A stretch of DNA of 64,000 bases, from NCBI GenBank assembly GCA_045652425.1, contig JAZRUG010000032.1:43846-107845 (forward strand), given 5' to 3'. The stretch comes from Eubacteriales bacterium (GTDB taxonomy: Bacteria > Bacillota > Clostridia > Oscillospirales > CAG-272). Both the position numbers and the translations under genes were made by a program. The notes under the pieces are model-generated. The model had not been told where the DNA came from. It saw only the letters and a program-made list of their open reading frames with translations, and made no database searches. Positions 1 through 11,200 of the stretch are shown here, in pieces (position 1 is the first letter of the stretch; each line of letters starts with the position of its first letter).

Positions 1-475
1 TGTTGTTTGGGTGTATGGATTCAGCCGATTCAGGATCAACTCTTTGGAGTTCAGAAAAAACCAAATCAATCCCCTCTTCTTCAATTTTTTTATTCAAATA
101 ATCTCTGTATTCATCGTCGCGTCCCGCTTCAGAAAATGAAGTATTTTTTAAAACGTGGTCAACATACAAACCGGTACCGCCGCAAAATATAGGCAGCTTT
201 CCTCTATTTATCACTTCTTCTATCTTTTCTTTAGCCAACACAGCATAATCAGCACACGAAAATGACACATCGGGTTCCACAATATCAATTAAATGATGTA
301 TAGCAGATGTCTGTTCTTCATCCGTCGGTTTTGCTGTACCAATGTCCATCATTCTGTAAATCTGCATAGAATCGCAAGATATTATTTCCCCATTAAGTTC
401 ATTGGCAAGGGCTATAGCAAGAGCCGTTTTCCCGGATGCTGTCGGTCCTACAACCGAAACAACCTTTTTTTTCAT
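1..475 (-). CDS. miaA: tRNA dimethylallyltransferase (MiaA), N-terminal part; the C-terminus lies beyond the left window edge
   Basis: The open frame runs off the left edge, so it is absent from the ORF track. Reverse-strand translation from the ATG at 475-473 reads MKKKVVSVVGPTASGKTALAIALANELNGEIISCDSMQIYR...KLPIFCGGTGLYV. This shows the P-loop GPTASGKT and the GGTGLY motif typical of MiaA. It starts 18 nt after the queA stop. Confidence 0.85.
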   Translation of the reverse strand, partial: MKKKVVSVVGPTASGKTALAIALANELNGEIISCDSMQIYRMMDIGTAKPTDEEQTSAIHHLIDIVEPDVSFSCADYAVLAKEKIEEVINRGKLPIFCGGTGLYVDHVLKNTSFSEAGRDDEYRDYLNKKIEEEGIDLVFSELQRVDPESAESIHPNN

Positions 476-493
476 ATATCAATTCTCCCAAAA

Positions 494-1579
494 TCAGATT
501 AACAACATACAGTCGCCAAACGAGAAAAACCTATATTTTTCCTCAACTGCAGTCTTATACGTATCAAGAATAATTTCACGTGTCGAAAAAGCAGAAACCA
601 GCATCATCAACGTGCTTTCGGGTAGGTGAAAATTAGTCAACAAAGCATCTACAACTTTGAATTTGTACCCAGGATAAATAAATATTCCGGTATCTCCCGA
701 CATTGCAATAACCTCGCCGTCATCATTACTTGCGCTTTCAAGGGTTCTGCAAGAAGTTGTTCCTACGGCAAACACACGACCGCCGTTTTTCTTACATTCG
801 TTTATAATATCTGCACTTTCTTTTGAAACAGAAAAATATTCCGAATGCATTATATGATCGTTAATATTATCAACTTTTACAGGTCTAAACGTACCAAGTC
901 CTACATGTAACATAACAGGCGCTATTTTCACGCCCTTCTTTCGAAGTTCCTCAAAAACTTCTTCGGTAAAATGTAAACCTGCAGTAGGCGCCGCGGAAGA
1001 GCCTTCGTGCTTTGCGTACACTGTCTGGTATCTGTTCTTGTCTTCAAGCTTCTCCTTGATATAAGGAGGAAGTGGCATATTACCTATTTCATCAACCAGT
1101 TCCATAAGAGAGTGTTTTTTATCATAATCAAATCGCACTATTCTGTTTCCGTCTTCAACAACTTCAAGAACCTCGGCACGAAGTTTGCCATCACCGAATA
1201 TAATAACAGTACCCGGTTTTGTTCGTCTTCCGGGGTATGTCATAACCTCCCACGTATCGAGTCCCTTGCTTTTTAGCAAGAACACCTCAACATCTATACC
1301 GCTGTCACTTTTTTTACCTATAAGACGAGCCGGAATAACCTTCGAGTCATTTATTACAAGCACGTCACCTTCATTGAAATAATCGACAATATCGCTAAAG
1401 ATTTTGTGTTCTATTTTTCCGTTGTCTTTTTCAAGAACAAGCATTTTAGAAGTATCACGTTTTTTTAACGGTGTTTGCGCAATAAGCTCTTCGGGAAGCT
1501 CATACCAAAAATCACTCTTTGTCAACGTAGTTTCAATATGTTTGTTTACAATCATTTTCGCCAAAATTTCCTTTCGCAT
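494..1579 (-). CDS. queA: S-adenosylmethionine:tRNA ribosyltransferase-isomerase (QueA)
   Basis: 361-aa ORF of full QueA-like length with [33 protein letters not shown] and [10 protein letters not shown]-type motifs. An alternative ATG at 1555 (MIVNKH...) is possible. Confidence 0.9.
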   Translation of the reverse strand: MRKEILAKMIVNKHIETTLTKSDFWYELPEELIAQTPLKKRDTSKMLVLEKDNGKIEHKIFSDIVDYFNEGDVLVINDSKVIPARLIGKKSDSGIDVEVFLLKSKGLDTWEVMTYPGRRTKPGTVIIFGDGKLRAEVLEVVEDGNRIVRFDYDKKHSLMELVDEIGNMPLPPYIKEKLEDKNRYQTVYAKHEGSSAAPTAGLHFTEEVFEELRKKGVKIAPVMLHVGLGTFRPVKVDNINDHIMHSEYFSVSKESADIINECKKNGGRVFAVGTTSCRTLESASNDDGEVIAMSGDTGIFIYPGYKFKVVDALLTNFHLPESTLMMLVSAFSTREIILDTYKTAVEEKYRFFSFGDCMLLI

Positions 1580-1611
1580 CTGCTAATTTGTCGATATATA
1601 TAAAAAATGTA

Positions 1612-1640
1612 TTGACAAATCAAAAGAATGATGTTATCAT
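1612..1640 (+). promoter_or_regulatory. Sigma-A type promoter of the lysine-riboswitch/dapAB transcript
   Basis: TTGACA (1612-1617), 17-nt spacer, TATCAT (1635-1640), immediately upstream of the L-box. Confidence 0.6.
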
Positions 1641-1644
1641 AAAT

Positions 1645-1915
1645 CCAAGATAGAGGTGCGGTTTCAATGAATAAACATGTGGAGGCTCCGCTTGCCGATT
1701 AAACATGTCCAAAGGTGAACCCGCCGAAGTTTATCACACGTTAGCGGTTGGTGTGATAGGCTGGGCCGTCACTTAACAAGTGCCGGACTGTCATCAGTGT
1801 TTGCTGATGGAGGGCTATCATGTATATACTATTCTTTGTAGCGCACGTTTTGTTGCACATTGTTTATATTATATTACATGGTAAGCTGGTTTTCAACCGG
1901 TTTTTTTATTTTTTT
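1645..1915 (+). promoter_or_regulatory. Lysine riboswitch (L-box) with terminator-type expression platform
   Basis: AGATAGAGGTGCGGTTTCAATGAATA ... CCCGCCGAAG ... GGGCCGTCACTTAACAAGTGCCGGACTGTCATCAG ... GATGGAGGGCTATC closely parallels the B. subtilis lysC L-box core blocks (GATAGAGGTGCG, GCCGAAG, GGCTGTCA). A small hairpin plus a U-run (GCTGGTTTTCAACCGGTTTTTTT, about 1884-1908) precedes the dapA RBS. Confidence 0.85.
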
Positions 1916-1936
1916 ATCAAAAAAGGAGATTTTACC

Positions 1937-2821
1937 ATGAAAAATTTAGTTTTTGAAGGCGCGGGCGTCGCAATTATCACCCCTTTTAAGAACAACAAGG
2001 TCGATTTTGACGCATTAGGTTCGCTTATTGATTATCAAATCAACAACAAAACCGATTCAATTGTAATCTGCGGTACAACGGGCGAAGCATCAACTCTTAC
2101 AGATGAAGAACACAGAGCATGTATCAAATACGCCGTTGAAAGAACTGCAGGAAGAGTTCCCGTTATTGCAGGTACAGGCAGTAACGACACCGATTATGCT
2201 ATTGACCTTTCAAAATATGCTTGCGAAGTCGGCGCAGATGCATTATTGCTTGTTACCCCCTATTATAACAAAGCTACACAAAAAGGTCTTATCAAGTCTT
2301 TCTTTGCTGTTGCTGACGCTACAGACAAACCTATCATTCTTTACAACGTTCCCTCCAGAACAGGCTGCAATATCACAACAGCTACATATAAAGAACTTGC
2401 AAGGCACGAAAGAATTGTTGCAGTTAAGGAAGCATCGGGAAATATCAGTGCTATCGCTGAACTCGCCGCAGAAGTTGGAAATGATTTGGCTATCTACAGC
2501 GGTAATGATGACCAGATAGTTCCCATCCTTTCGCTCGGCGGTAAGGGTGTCATCTCTGTTCTTTCGAATATTATGCCTAAAGAAACACATGACATTTGCG
2601 AACTTTTCTTTAAAGGTCAGGTTAAAGAGTCAGCTGCACTTCAGCTCAAACTCCTTGAACTTATAAACTCACTCTTCTGCGAAGTTAACCCTATTCCCGC
2701 AAAGACGGCTTGTGCTTTGATGGGTATGTGCTCTGACGAAATGAGACTTCCTCTTTGCGCTATGGAAGATAACACAAAAGCAAGACTCATGGCAGCAATG
2801 AAAGCACAGAATCTTATCTAA
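1937..2821 (+). CDS. dapA: 4-hydroxy-tetrahydrodipicolinate synthase (DapA)
   Basis: MKNLVFEGAGVAIITPF...GTTGEASTLT...YNVPSRTG...KEASGN pattern of DapA. The ATG at 1937 follows the RBS AAAGGAG. The track's longer ORF (from 1820) would overlap the riboswitch. Confidence 0.93.
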   Translation: MKNLVFEGAGVAIITPFKNNKVDFDALGSLIDYQINNKTDSIVICGTTGEASTLTDEEHRACIKYAVERTAGRVPVIAGTGSNDTDYAIDLSKYACEVGADALLLVTPYYNKATQKGLIKSFFAVADATDKPIILYNVPSRTGCNITTATYKELARHERIVAVKEASGNISAIAELAAEVGNDLAIYSGNDDQIVPILSLGGKGVISVLSNIMPKETHDICELFFKGQVKESAALQLKLLELINSLFCEVNPIPAKTACALMGMCSDEMRLPLCAMEDNTKARLMAAMKAQNLI

Positions 2822-2852
2822 TAATTCTTGAAATTATAAAAGGACGCTGAAA

Positions 2853-3617
2853 ATGATAAATATACTTCTTACAGGTTGCAACGGCAGAATGGGCAATGCA
2901 GTTGCCGCATCTTGTGATGCAAATGAAAATTGTAATATAATAGCCGGTGTTGATGTTATGGGCGGAAAGAATACGTCTGACTTCCCTGTTTTTGTTTCTT
3001 TAAATGATTTTACAGGTAAAGCTGACGTTATAATTGACTTCTCTCACCATACGGCTACAGAAGGTCTGCTTAATTATGCCAAAACAAAAAACATACCGGT
3101 AGTATTAGCTACAACAGGACATACTCTCGAAGAAACCGAAATGATTAAAGAAGCATCAAAAGCAATTCCCGTATTCTATTCAAGAAATATGTCCCTTGGA
3201 ATCAATCTTCTTATTGCACTTGCTAAAAAAGCATGTTTGTCACTTGGCGAAGCGTTCGATATTGAAATAATAGAAAAACACCACAATCAAAAGCTTGACG
3301 CTCCCAGCGGAACTGCTCTTATGATTGCAGATGCTTTAAAAGAAACAAGAGAATGCGAAACTGAATACATCTATAACAGACAGCCACTTCACCAGAAAAG
3401 ACAGTCTACCGAAATCGGCATACACGCTGTCAGAGGAGGCACTATCGTTGGTGAACACGAGGTAATGTTTGCAGGAAAAGATGAGGTTATCACGCTTTCC
3501 CATTCGGCTTCTTCAAGAAACGTATTTGCCGAAGGCGCAGTAAGAGCCGCTCTTTTCCTGGCAGATAAGCCAAGCGGTCTATACGATATGAACGATATTG
3601 TAAATTCAATAATATAA
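2853..3617 (+). CDS. dapB: 4-hydroxy-tetrahydrodipicolinate reductase (DapB)
   Basis: 254 aa with an N-terminal GCNGRMG dinucleotide fold, EKHHNQKLDAPSGTA (the DapB signature E-x-HH-x-K-x-DAPSGTA) and HAVRGG. Follows dapA by 31 nt. Confidence 0.93.
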   Translation: MINILLTGCNGRMGNAVAASCDANENCNIIAGVDVMGGKNTSDFPVFVSLNDFTGKADVIIDFSHHTATEGLLNYAKTKNIPVVLATTGHTLEETEMIKEASKAIPVFYSRNMSLGINLLIALAKKACLSLGEAFDIEIIEKHHNQKLDAPSGTALMIADALKETRECETEYIYNRQPLHQKRQSTEIGIHAVRGGTIVGEHEVMFAGKDEVITLSHSASSRNVFAEGAVRAALFLADKPSGLYDMNDIVNSII

Positions 3618-3627
3618 CAACTAAAAC

Positions 3628-3659
3628 AAAAAAAGCACACGAAACCGTGTGCTTTTTTC
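3628..3659. terminator. Bidirectional rho-independent terminator between the convergent dapB and cohesin genes
   Basis: A-run, GCACACG / CGTGTGC 7-bp stem with a 4-nt loop, then a T-run. Usable on both strands. Confidence 0.8.
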
Positions 3660-3664
3660 TATGT

Positions 3665-5182
3665 TTAATTTTCAAGTACATACTCTATTATTAACGAAGA
3701 ATCGTTAAAAGTGATATCCCCTGATTCGTCAATATCTATAGCTTTCAAAATAGATTCGGTAACTTCAAGAGCCTCTCCCGATGCTATCTTATGCGCGATA
3801 TTGGCTTCAAAGACTGTAATCACTCCATCGCCGTCAATATCCTCGGGTTCAACAGGCGGTTCTTCTATAACACCTGTTAACGTTATATACTCAAGTTCCA
3901 CCTTTTTATAATTTACATCATACACATTAGTGCCTTCAATAGAAACAATATAACTTTCATTCGAACCTTTGAGAATTTCCCATTCTATACAAATAAGTTC
4001 AATATCAGTTTCTGAATAACCGTTTTCATTTACGTAAGGAAACTCGATTGAGCCATCACCAAACCCATCGTCGACAATCAACGTACCGCCTATTGAAGCA
4101 ATATCTTTTCCTACTGATACGGATACACACCTCAAAACTTCGGGATCGTAGTTAATTTTAAAATCTCCCGCCGCAACCCCTGCGCCTTTTTCGAGTTTCA
4201 AAACACTGGTTGCAGTTTTTCCTCTGTAGAACACGTCGCTCGATTCAAGCCAAATATTCGAATTATCCACAGTTTCGGGAAGTTTTTTTAAAGTAACACT
4301 ACTTGTAGACGAATATGGTAAATACTGCGTCAAATCTTCTGTATAAATATTTCTCGATTCATAAGAAAGCTTCGTACTTCCGTTTATATCTGCAATAACC
4401 TTCAAATTAATTTTTATCATATAAAATGAATTTACAGCAGTAGAATTGGCATAAGAAACAAGAACAGTTCCCTTTATATCCTTATTAATCGAATAAGTTG
4501 CGGTTTCTTTTTTCAGTCCGCTCTCAAGTTCGACAGATTCAACCTCAAAAATCTCACTGTCATAGTTCAGAACAAAATCACCGCTGCCAAAATAGTATCC
4601 GTTGGAATTAGCCAACCTCACAGATACAACGTCGCCACAACTTGCTGATGTTTTTGATAAATAGGAATAAACGCTAAACGTCTTTTGTGTTGCGGAGACC
4701 TCGGTAACGCTGATTGAAGCTCCTGTACCTCTTGCCGTAACCCCTGCAAAATCAAGTCCATAGCAATCTCCAACAGACATTCTAAGGTCATAAGAGCCGG
4801 CCACACATTCAGAATTAACATTAAATACAATATTTAACAATGTTCCGCTTGTACTGAAACCATCAGGATTAACCAAACTCACGTTAATAACACCACTGTT
4901 ATCTGTATTCACAGAGCTTATAGAATTCTGTGTAATCATACCTCCATTTGAGGTGGATTTAACAGACATAGCAGCAGAATCGTAGTAGACGTTAAAATCA
5001 ACTGCGCTTACCGTTTCGAAATTCGACGCCTTGATACTCAGGGTAAAATTATTACCCTGAGTAACCGAAGAAAGCGACGTTTGTGCCGTCAGTGTTGGAG
5101 GATTTTCAGCATAAACCGTTATTGAAACAGATGCAAAAACCACCGCTACTGCTATAAGGCATAATATAATTCTTTTTTTCAT
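3665..5182 (-). CDS. Secreted scaffoldin-like adaptor: signal peptide, three cohesin-like modules, C-terminal dockerin
   Basis: 505 aa. Sec signal MKKRIILCLIAVAVVFASVSITVYA. Three ~130-aa modules each carry the cohesin-type core (VSAVDFNVYYDSAAMSV; GSGDFVLNYDSEIFEV; AAGDFKINYDPEVLRC). The C-terminus has a duplicated Ca-loop, DIDGDGVITVFE ... DIDESGDITFND. RBS AGGGAG. Starts 29 nt after the protease gene stop. Confidence 0.8.
   Translation of the reverse strand: MKKRIILCLIAVAVVFASVSITVYAENPPTLTAQTSLSSVTQGNNFTLSIKASNFETVSAVDFNVYYDSAAMSVKSTSNGGMITQNSISSVNTDNSGVINVSLVNPDGFSTSGTLLNIVFNVNSECVAGSYDLRMSVGDCYGLDFAGVTARGTGASISVTEVSATQKTFSVYSYLSKTSASCGDVVSVRLANSNGYYFGSGDFVLNYDSEIFEVESVELESGLKKETATYSINKDIKGTVLVSYANSTAVNSFYMIKINLKVIADINGSTKLSYESRNIYTEDLTQYLPYSSTSSVTLKKLPETVDNSNIWLESSDVFYRGKTATSVLKLEKGAGVAAGDFKINYDPEVLRCVSVSVGKDIASIGGTLIVDDGFGDGSIEFPYVNENGYSETDIELICIEWEILKGSNESYIVSIEGTNVYDVNYKKVELEYITLTGVIEEPPVEPEDIDGDGVITVFEANIAHKIASGEALEVTESILKAIDIDESGDITFNDSSLIIEYVLEN
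3668..3844 (-). other. Dockerin module of the adaptor (aa ~447-505)
   Basis: Two EF-hand-like Ca-binding repeats, each followed by a helix: DIDGDGVITVFEANIAHKIA and DIDESGDITFNDSSLIIEYV. Confidence 0.75.
3869..4267 (-). other. Cohesin-like module 3 (aa ~306-438)
   Basis: ...TATSVLKLEKGAGVAAGDFKINYDPEVLRCVSV...IELICIEWEILKGSNESYIV... Boundaries are approximate. Confidence 0.65.
4289..4687 (-). other. Cohesin-like module 2 (aa ~166-298)
   Basis: ...GDVVSVRLANSNGYYFGSGDFVLNYDSEIFEVESVE...FYMIKINLKVIADINGSTKL... Boundaries are approximate. Confidence 0.65.
4703..5095 (-). other. Cohesin-like module 1 (aa ~30-160)
   Basis: ...GNNFTLSIKASNFETVSAVDFNVYYDSAAMSV...GTLLNIVFNVNSECVAGSYDLRM... beta-sandwich-type pattern typical of cohesins. 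Boundaries are approximate. Confidence 0.65.
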
Positions 5183-5211
5183 ATATCTTGCAAACTCCCT
5201 TGTATCTTTTA

Positions 5212-8200
5212 CTATGCTGTCATATCAAGAGAGCCAACCTTACCTGTAACGTAATGAAGTATTCTAAGAGCTTCAACAGCGGAAAGCTGTTCGTCACTAT
5301 TAAGGTCTGCGCGTTTGAATTCATCTTCTGTCATATTGTACTTATGGCTTATTGCCAAAAGAAGAATCAAAGCGTCCTTGTTTGTAACAGTACCGTCACC
5401 GTCAACGTCTCCGAGAGAATTCTTATCTATAGATTCTTTAACAGTTACGGCATAAGGTTCACTTGCAGAGCCTCTGTAGGTATAACTTACACCGTCAAAT
5501 GCTTCAATATAGTATTCCAAACCTTCAAGCTCAAGACTTGATGCAGGAATAATTGCAGAATACTTGTCATTAAGATTGTTCATACGAACTGTCTTCCACT
5601 CGGTCTGACCTTTTGTACGGAAATACAGATTAGCATAAGAAATAGTCAAGTTGTCCGTAACGTCGGCAGAAATAATGAGATTCTGTCCCATCGTAGCTGA
5701 ATATACGGGGCTGTGATAAATATTCGGCGCCATTGTATCCTTTGACATAATGGTTATCTTACCGGAAGGTGTAGACTCGGTGAGGTCAGTCTTAACAACT
5801 GTAAAGTTGTAGTAGTAAACAACGCCGGGTTCAACGGTATCATCAAAGAATTCCATCGTATCGAAAGGTATTACAGTCTTGTTGACTCTTTGATACAAGC
5901 CATTCAAAGAGGTTGAACGATATACGTTGTAACCCATAAGGGTATCAAAGTCGTCTTGTGTCCAACGGAGATTGATTCCGGTATCGGTAGCCTCGCCCTG
6001 CATGATAAGCGCCTGCGCTGCTGTGGTATCAATTACAAAAGCAAAACGAGCATTGTCGGGCTGAAGTGTCAAATCTTCCGTTGCAGAACAACCGTTGCTT
6101 ATTGCAACAAACTGATTACCGTTTTCGATTACAGTGGTAAGTGTGTACTTACCTTCCCAAGTACGAGCATCAACGTAGCTTCCCTCTACAGTGTAATCTG
6201 CATAAGGATAAGCACTTCCGAAAGTAAATCTCAAAGGAATTGAAGTATCCATATCTCTGTTGAACGTTACGCGGAATGTAACCTCTTCATTTCCAACAGT
6301 TGTAACAACTTCGCCTGTTTTGTTTATAAGGGATACAGAAGTAACGAACGGGAATGTGTTTTCGGGCGCTTCTGTGAGATAGGGAGCGTACATAAGACGA
6401 TTATAAGTGATAAAGTCAGAATAGTCGACCATCTGCAACTCAATAGCTCTTTCGTTAGTTGTTCCCCAATAGTTTTCGGCCAAAGGAATCTCCGAATAAG
6501 CTCCCGCAGTAACCGTAGGCGCAATAGGTCTCAACCAATGTGTAACATCGGTGTCTGTAGAAATGGGATTGAGTATTGCATTACCATAAAAATTTGGGTT
6601 GATCTGCAATTCCGCAAGAAGCGATTGCAACTTTGCAACAAAACTTTCAGCAGTATAAATACGTTCAATTGTTGTATCCAGAACAGAATCATGAATAACA
6701 GGTTCTTTTTCTTCGGTTTCAATCTCTGTATCTTCTTCTATTTCTGTGTCAGTTTCGGGAGCTTTATATGTAAACGTAATTGTAATATCCTCGGCATTGG
6801 TTACACCCTCTGCACCAGCAAGATCTCCTGCAGAGAACAAAAGAGTATATTCTACGCCTTCTTCAAAAATAGCTGAAGATAATATAACATCATTCACATT
6901 TTCAATCCTAGGAATTGCAACCACCTGTTCATCCCGAGCATATAATACCAAACTAACATTTTTAAGAGCTTTATTAAATGTCAGTACCAAATTCTCGTCT
7001 GATAAAACCAAATATTCAGATAAATTTGTAGCAGTTAAAGTAAGGTTTTCTACTAGAAGTGGTTTTAAATGTACTACATAAGGTGTTTCTCCATCATTAA
7101 AACATAATAAAGCTTCCGGTGTGACAACATAATGCATTCCATCGTATGCAAATACATCTATGGCATTCGTTATTCCTGGGACTTTTGTGATTGAATCCGA
7201 ACCACTTTTGAAAGTATAAACCCCGCCATTTAGAACCCCTATAGCAGTAGAGTCTGATTTGTATACTTTAAAAGAATCAAATTGTTCTGCAGGACTCTTA
7301 CGAACTGTTACACCCGATGAGGATATACTACACCATTCTCCGTCCGTATTTCTTGCATAACAAGTACTTAAAGAGCCTATATTCCCTGCATATAACTCAA
7401 CTATATTTTCAGCAATTTTTGTCGGATATAAGCGAGTTGAATCAGCACAGTATACATTTCCATTTTCTGTGTGGAAATAAGTAATATTATAACCGCACAC
7501 AATATCAATCACTTTTTCCGGCAACTGAACCAATTCAGCGGTTGATTTAACAGCATCTGATGAACCAACACCAAGAATATTACCGTTTTCACCTTTCGCA
7601 TATACTTTTCCATCTTCGGTAATAACGAAATATGTATAAAAACTAAAAGTATATGTTGATATTTTATAGCACGCAACGGATTTAATATTTAAGCCTTCGA
7701 ATCCACTTATCGATTTACTTGAACCATCAGTTCTATAGACATATTCAACAGAACCATCTTTCTTCAAAAGCATTGGATATTCGGGAGAACAATAAGAAAT
7801 AGAAAAATCATCAACATTAGAAACAGTCCAATTTACAGATTCACTACGACAGTATAACTCTCCGTTCTCCAAAAGTATCATTGTAATTCCCTCTCGGTAC
7901 GTTTCGGAGTAGCGAATATCAATCTTCTTTATAGGAGAATAATCATTATCACTAACATTTATCAAACAAGTAGCAACTAATCCACTACGTTCATCTTTTA
8001 CAACTAAAGTAGAGGTACCGGCAGTTTTAGGAATCAATTTATCATCATCAATAACCACAACATTTGAATCGGTCAATCGCCAATTTAGTTCGGGTTCTGC
8101 GCCCTCGTTTGTTATAATCATAGGAAATTCGACTGCGGATTCAGAAAGAGCGATTTTCATCACTGTTTTATCAAATTCCAAACTTACAGCCTTCACATAA

Positions 8201-11200
8201 ACAGTAATTTCAACACTTGCCGTAAATTCTTCACACGTTGCGGTAATTGTAGTAGTACCTGAACTTACGCCATAAATTACACCTACAGCATCTACAGTAG
8301 CAACGTTTTCATTTGATGAAGAATATTTCACGTTTCTTCTTGTTGTGTTTTCGGGTGTAAAGGTTACTTTTGTAGATAAAGTTTCGCCTGCTGCCAAGAG
8401 TGAGTTTTCTTCTTTTAACTGAAGCTCAATATTCTCAAGAGGAACGTATTCAATTACTTCAAAAGAAATATAATTGGAAACAGCTCTGTCTTTTGAGTAT
8501 ACATATACATCTGCATTTCCAACTCCAACAGGGGTAACAAGACCGTTTTCGTCAACAGTGATTACGTTTTCGTCGTTACTCTCGTATACAAATCTGTCTA
8601 AACCAAGTTGAACAGGTTTATTTGTAGGAGTAATCTGATAAGTCATTTCGGTATCCATCGATACTTCGTATTCGGTAAAGGTAATTTCCGTTGGAAGAAT
8701 ATCACCGGGGATTTCATAGAGATAATAACTCCAAGAGTCATCATTAATTTTCATCAAATAGGATAAAAAACAATAATTACTGCAATATTTTTGGGTTACA
8801 CCATTTGGATCTAAAAAGTCAGCTATTTCAGTTCCGTCATACCAAACAGCCTTATTTTTTAATGCATCATACTTGATACCAACCGTAAAACCTGAAAACT
8901 CAGAAAAATTCATTTTAATCCATTCTGCTTCTTCTTGAGATTCAATGATAACAAATGATCCTCCAAGTTGTTCAAGGTAATATTGGTTAATAGCACCATT
9001 TGATACTATATATGTTGTACCTGTTTCTTCGCGATATGAAATTTTGTTTATATAACTATACAAACTCACACTCGGTACTGTATACGTAAAATTAATACTT
9101 CTATCCGGACTTGTTTGATCTACAAATAAATTTTTCAAAAACACACAGTTTTGTGCCTTTAATTTAGAAGACAAAGTGATAATCTGTCCCTCTAAACCAC
9201 ACTCAACAAATATACATCTATCAGCATTTCCACTAATGTACACCTGACTATACGCACCAATTTTGTAGAAGACACTATCATTTACGTTGTTAAAGCTAGC
9301 TAAATAAGGATTACTGGTAAAAGCATAACCTACTTTTCCAGAATAAACGTGACGATAATACATATTGTTGCCATAATTGAACCTAAAGGTACAATGGTCG
9401 GCATGTCCAATTATATTATATAAACCTGTATTACCTGAACTGCCGGTAGCTAGATTGGTTATATCAGCGTATTTGAGAGAAATATAACCATTTGAACTTT
9501 GAGTAAGTTCAACGTTATACTTATCCATGAGCTGACTCGGGTAAATATAGACAGGATTCTCTTTCGTTCCCTCTACCAAGAATTTACCGTTTACAAGCAA
9601 GTATGCAATATAGTCGCTTGCATAGGGGTCGTTCGCATCATCTGACCAGAACTGAATATGTGTACCGGATTCAACGCGAACGGTTACCCCCTCGTTGATT
9701 ACTGTCGAATTTGGGATAATATAGAGGTTATCGGCTGTGAGAACCATATCCTCGTCAATAACGCTCGGCAAAATCTTTCCGCTTCTTACTGTGAGATTGA
9801 TTTTTGATTCAGAAGTATATACAGTTTCATCAGCTTCATCAAGAGCATTCTTGCACGTGATGGTTACGTAGATAGTAAATCTGTAGTCATTGGGACAGTC
9901 TTTTGCTATGCGAACGTAAAAAGGATTTTCCCAACCTGTAAGAAGTTCGTCTGTATATATTTTTCCGCAATCCTGAGTTGAATAAGTTCCTACAGAGCCA
10001 TAGTTCACAGTAGGATTGATGAATGTAATATAGGGGTCAGCAACGCCGTTGTTGTTTGCATTTATCGATACTACAGTATCTTCACTCATTCCCCAACGGT
10101 TACGAAGTGTAAGTCCGAGAGCAACTGTTTCACCAGCATCAATGACACCATCACCATTATTCACCTTGTCTTTGTCATTTTTGAATCCTTCGGTATCAAA
10201 AGCAGCAAAATCCTGAACTGACACTTCGGGTTTCGGAAGTTTTGTCAATGCAGCATCAAGATTTACAATTTGAGGAAGATTGTGGGGCATTCCATTTACA
10301 GTATGCTCCTTGGGGTTGATACAAGTAGCGTGATAATCGGAGGTACATGCAAGCTGACCGTAAATAAACTTGGTAGGATACATATCACGGTCCTTAAATT
10401 CACTTCTTAAAATAGCCGCAATAGCAGAAACGGTAGGCGCCGCCATAGACGTACCGCTGAGTATACCATATTGGTTGTTGGGTAACGTACTCATTATAGC
10501 TTCACCTGGGGCATAAAGCTCATATTCAACACCGTTGAACGCTTTTGCATCCCAGTTCGAGAATGAGGATTCAACACCGTTTTCGTCAACACTCATTACA
10601 CCGAGAACGTATGTAAGTCCTGCAGGATAATTAGGAAGCGGATTCAGATAATTATCTGTTTCTTCATTAGGCATACCACTGTTACCCGCAGAGGCTACAA
10701 GTACGCATCTGCTGTATGCAACAGCGAGCGCATCTTGTACTGCAATAGAACAAGCTGTACCGCCGAATGACATATTAATTATTTCAGCGCCGTTTTCATA
10801 AGCGTAAAGAACAGCTTTCGCTATTGTCGCCTGATTAAGCGTACCGTTTGCTGCTGCCGCTTTGATGGGCATTATCTTTACGTTGGAAGCAATACCCACA
10901 ACACCCACGTTGTTGTTCTGCGCGGCAATAACACCAGCAACGTGCGTTCCGTGTCCGTTGTCATCGTCGCCGTTGCCCTTGCCTGCTACAAGGTTTACAC
11001 CGTAGTAGTCGTCAATGTAGCCGTTATTGTCGTCATCTTTGCCGTTTCCGGCAATTTCTTTAGTGTTTACCCAAATGTTTTCGGAAAGATCCTCGTGGTC
11101 ATAGTCAACACCGGTATCAATAACAGCTACGATTACAGACGAGCTTCCCCCAACCTCTTCAACCTTATCCAAGCCGTCGGTTACGCCGCAGTGGTGCATG

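Noticed and set aside
1820-1936. N-terminal extensions offered by the ORF track for dapA, with the same issue for the GH18 protein, ligA, the SorE-like gene, hisG, hisA, addB, pflB, the SASP, the sigma factor, the XRE gene and the IMPase.
   Set aside because: In each case an internal ATG with a good Shine-Dalgarno matches the conserved N-terminus of the family. The extension would overlap a riboswitch, terminator, promoter or upstream gene.
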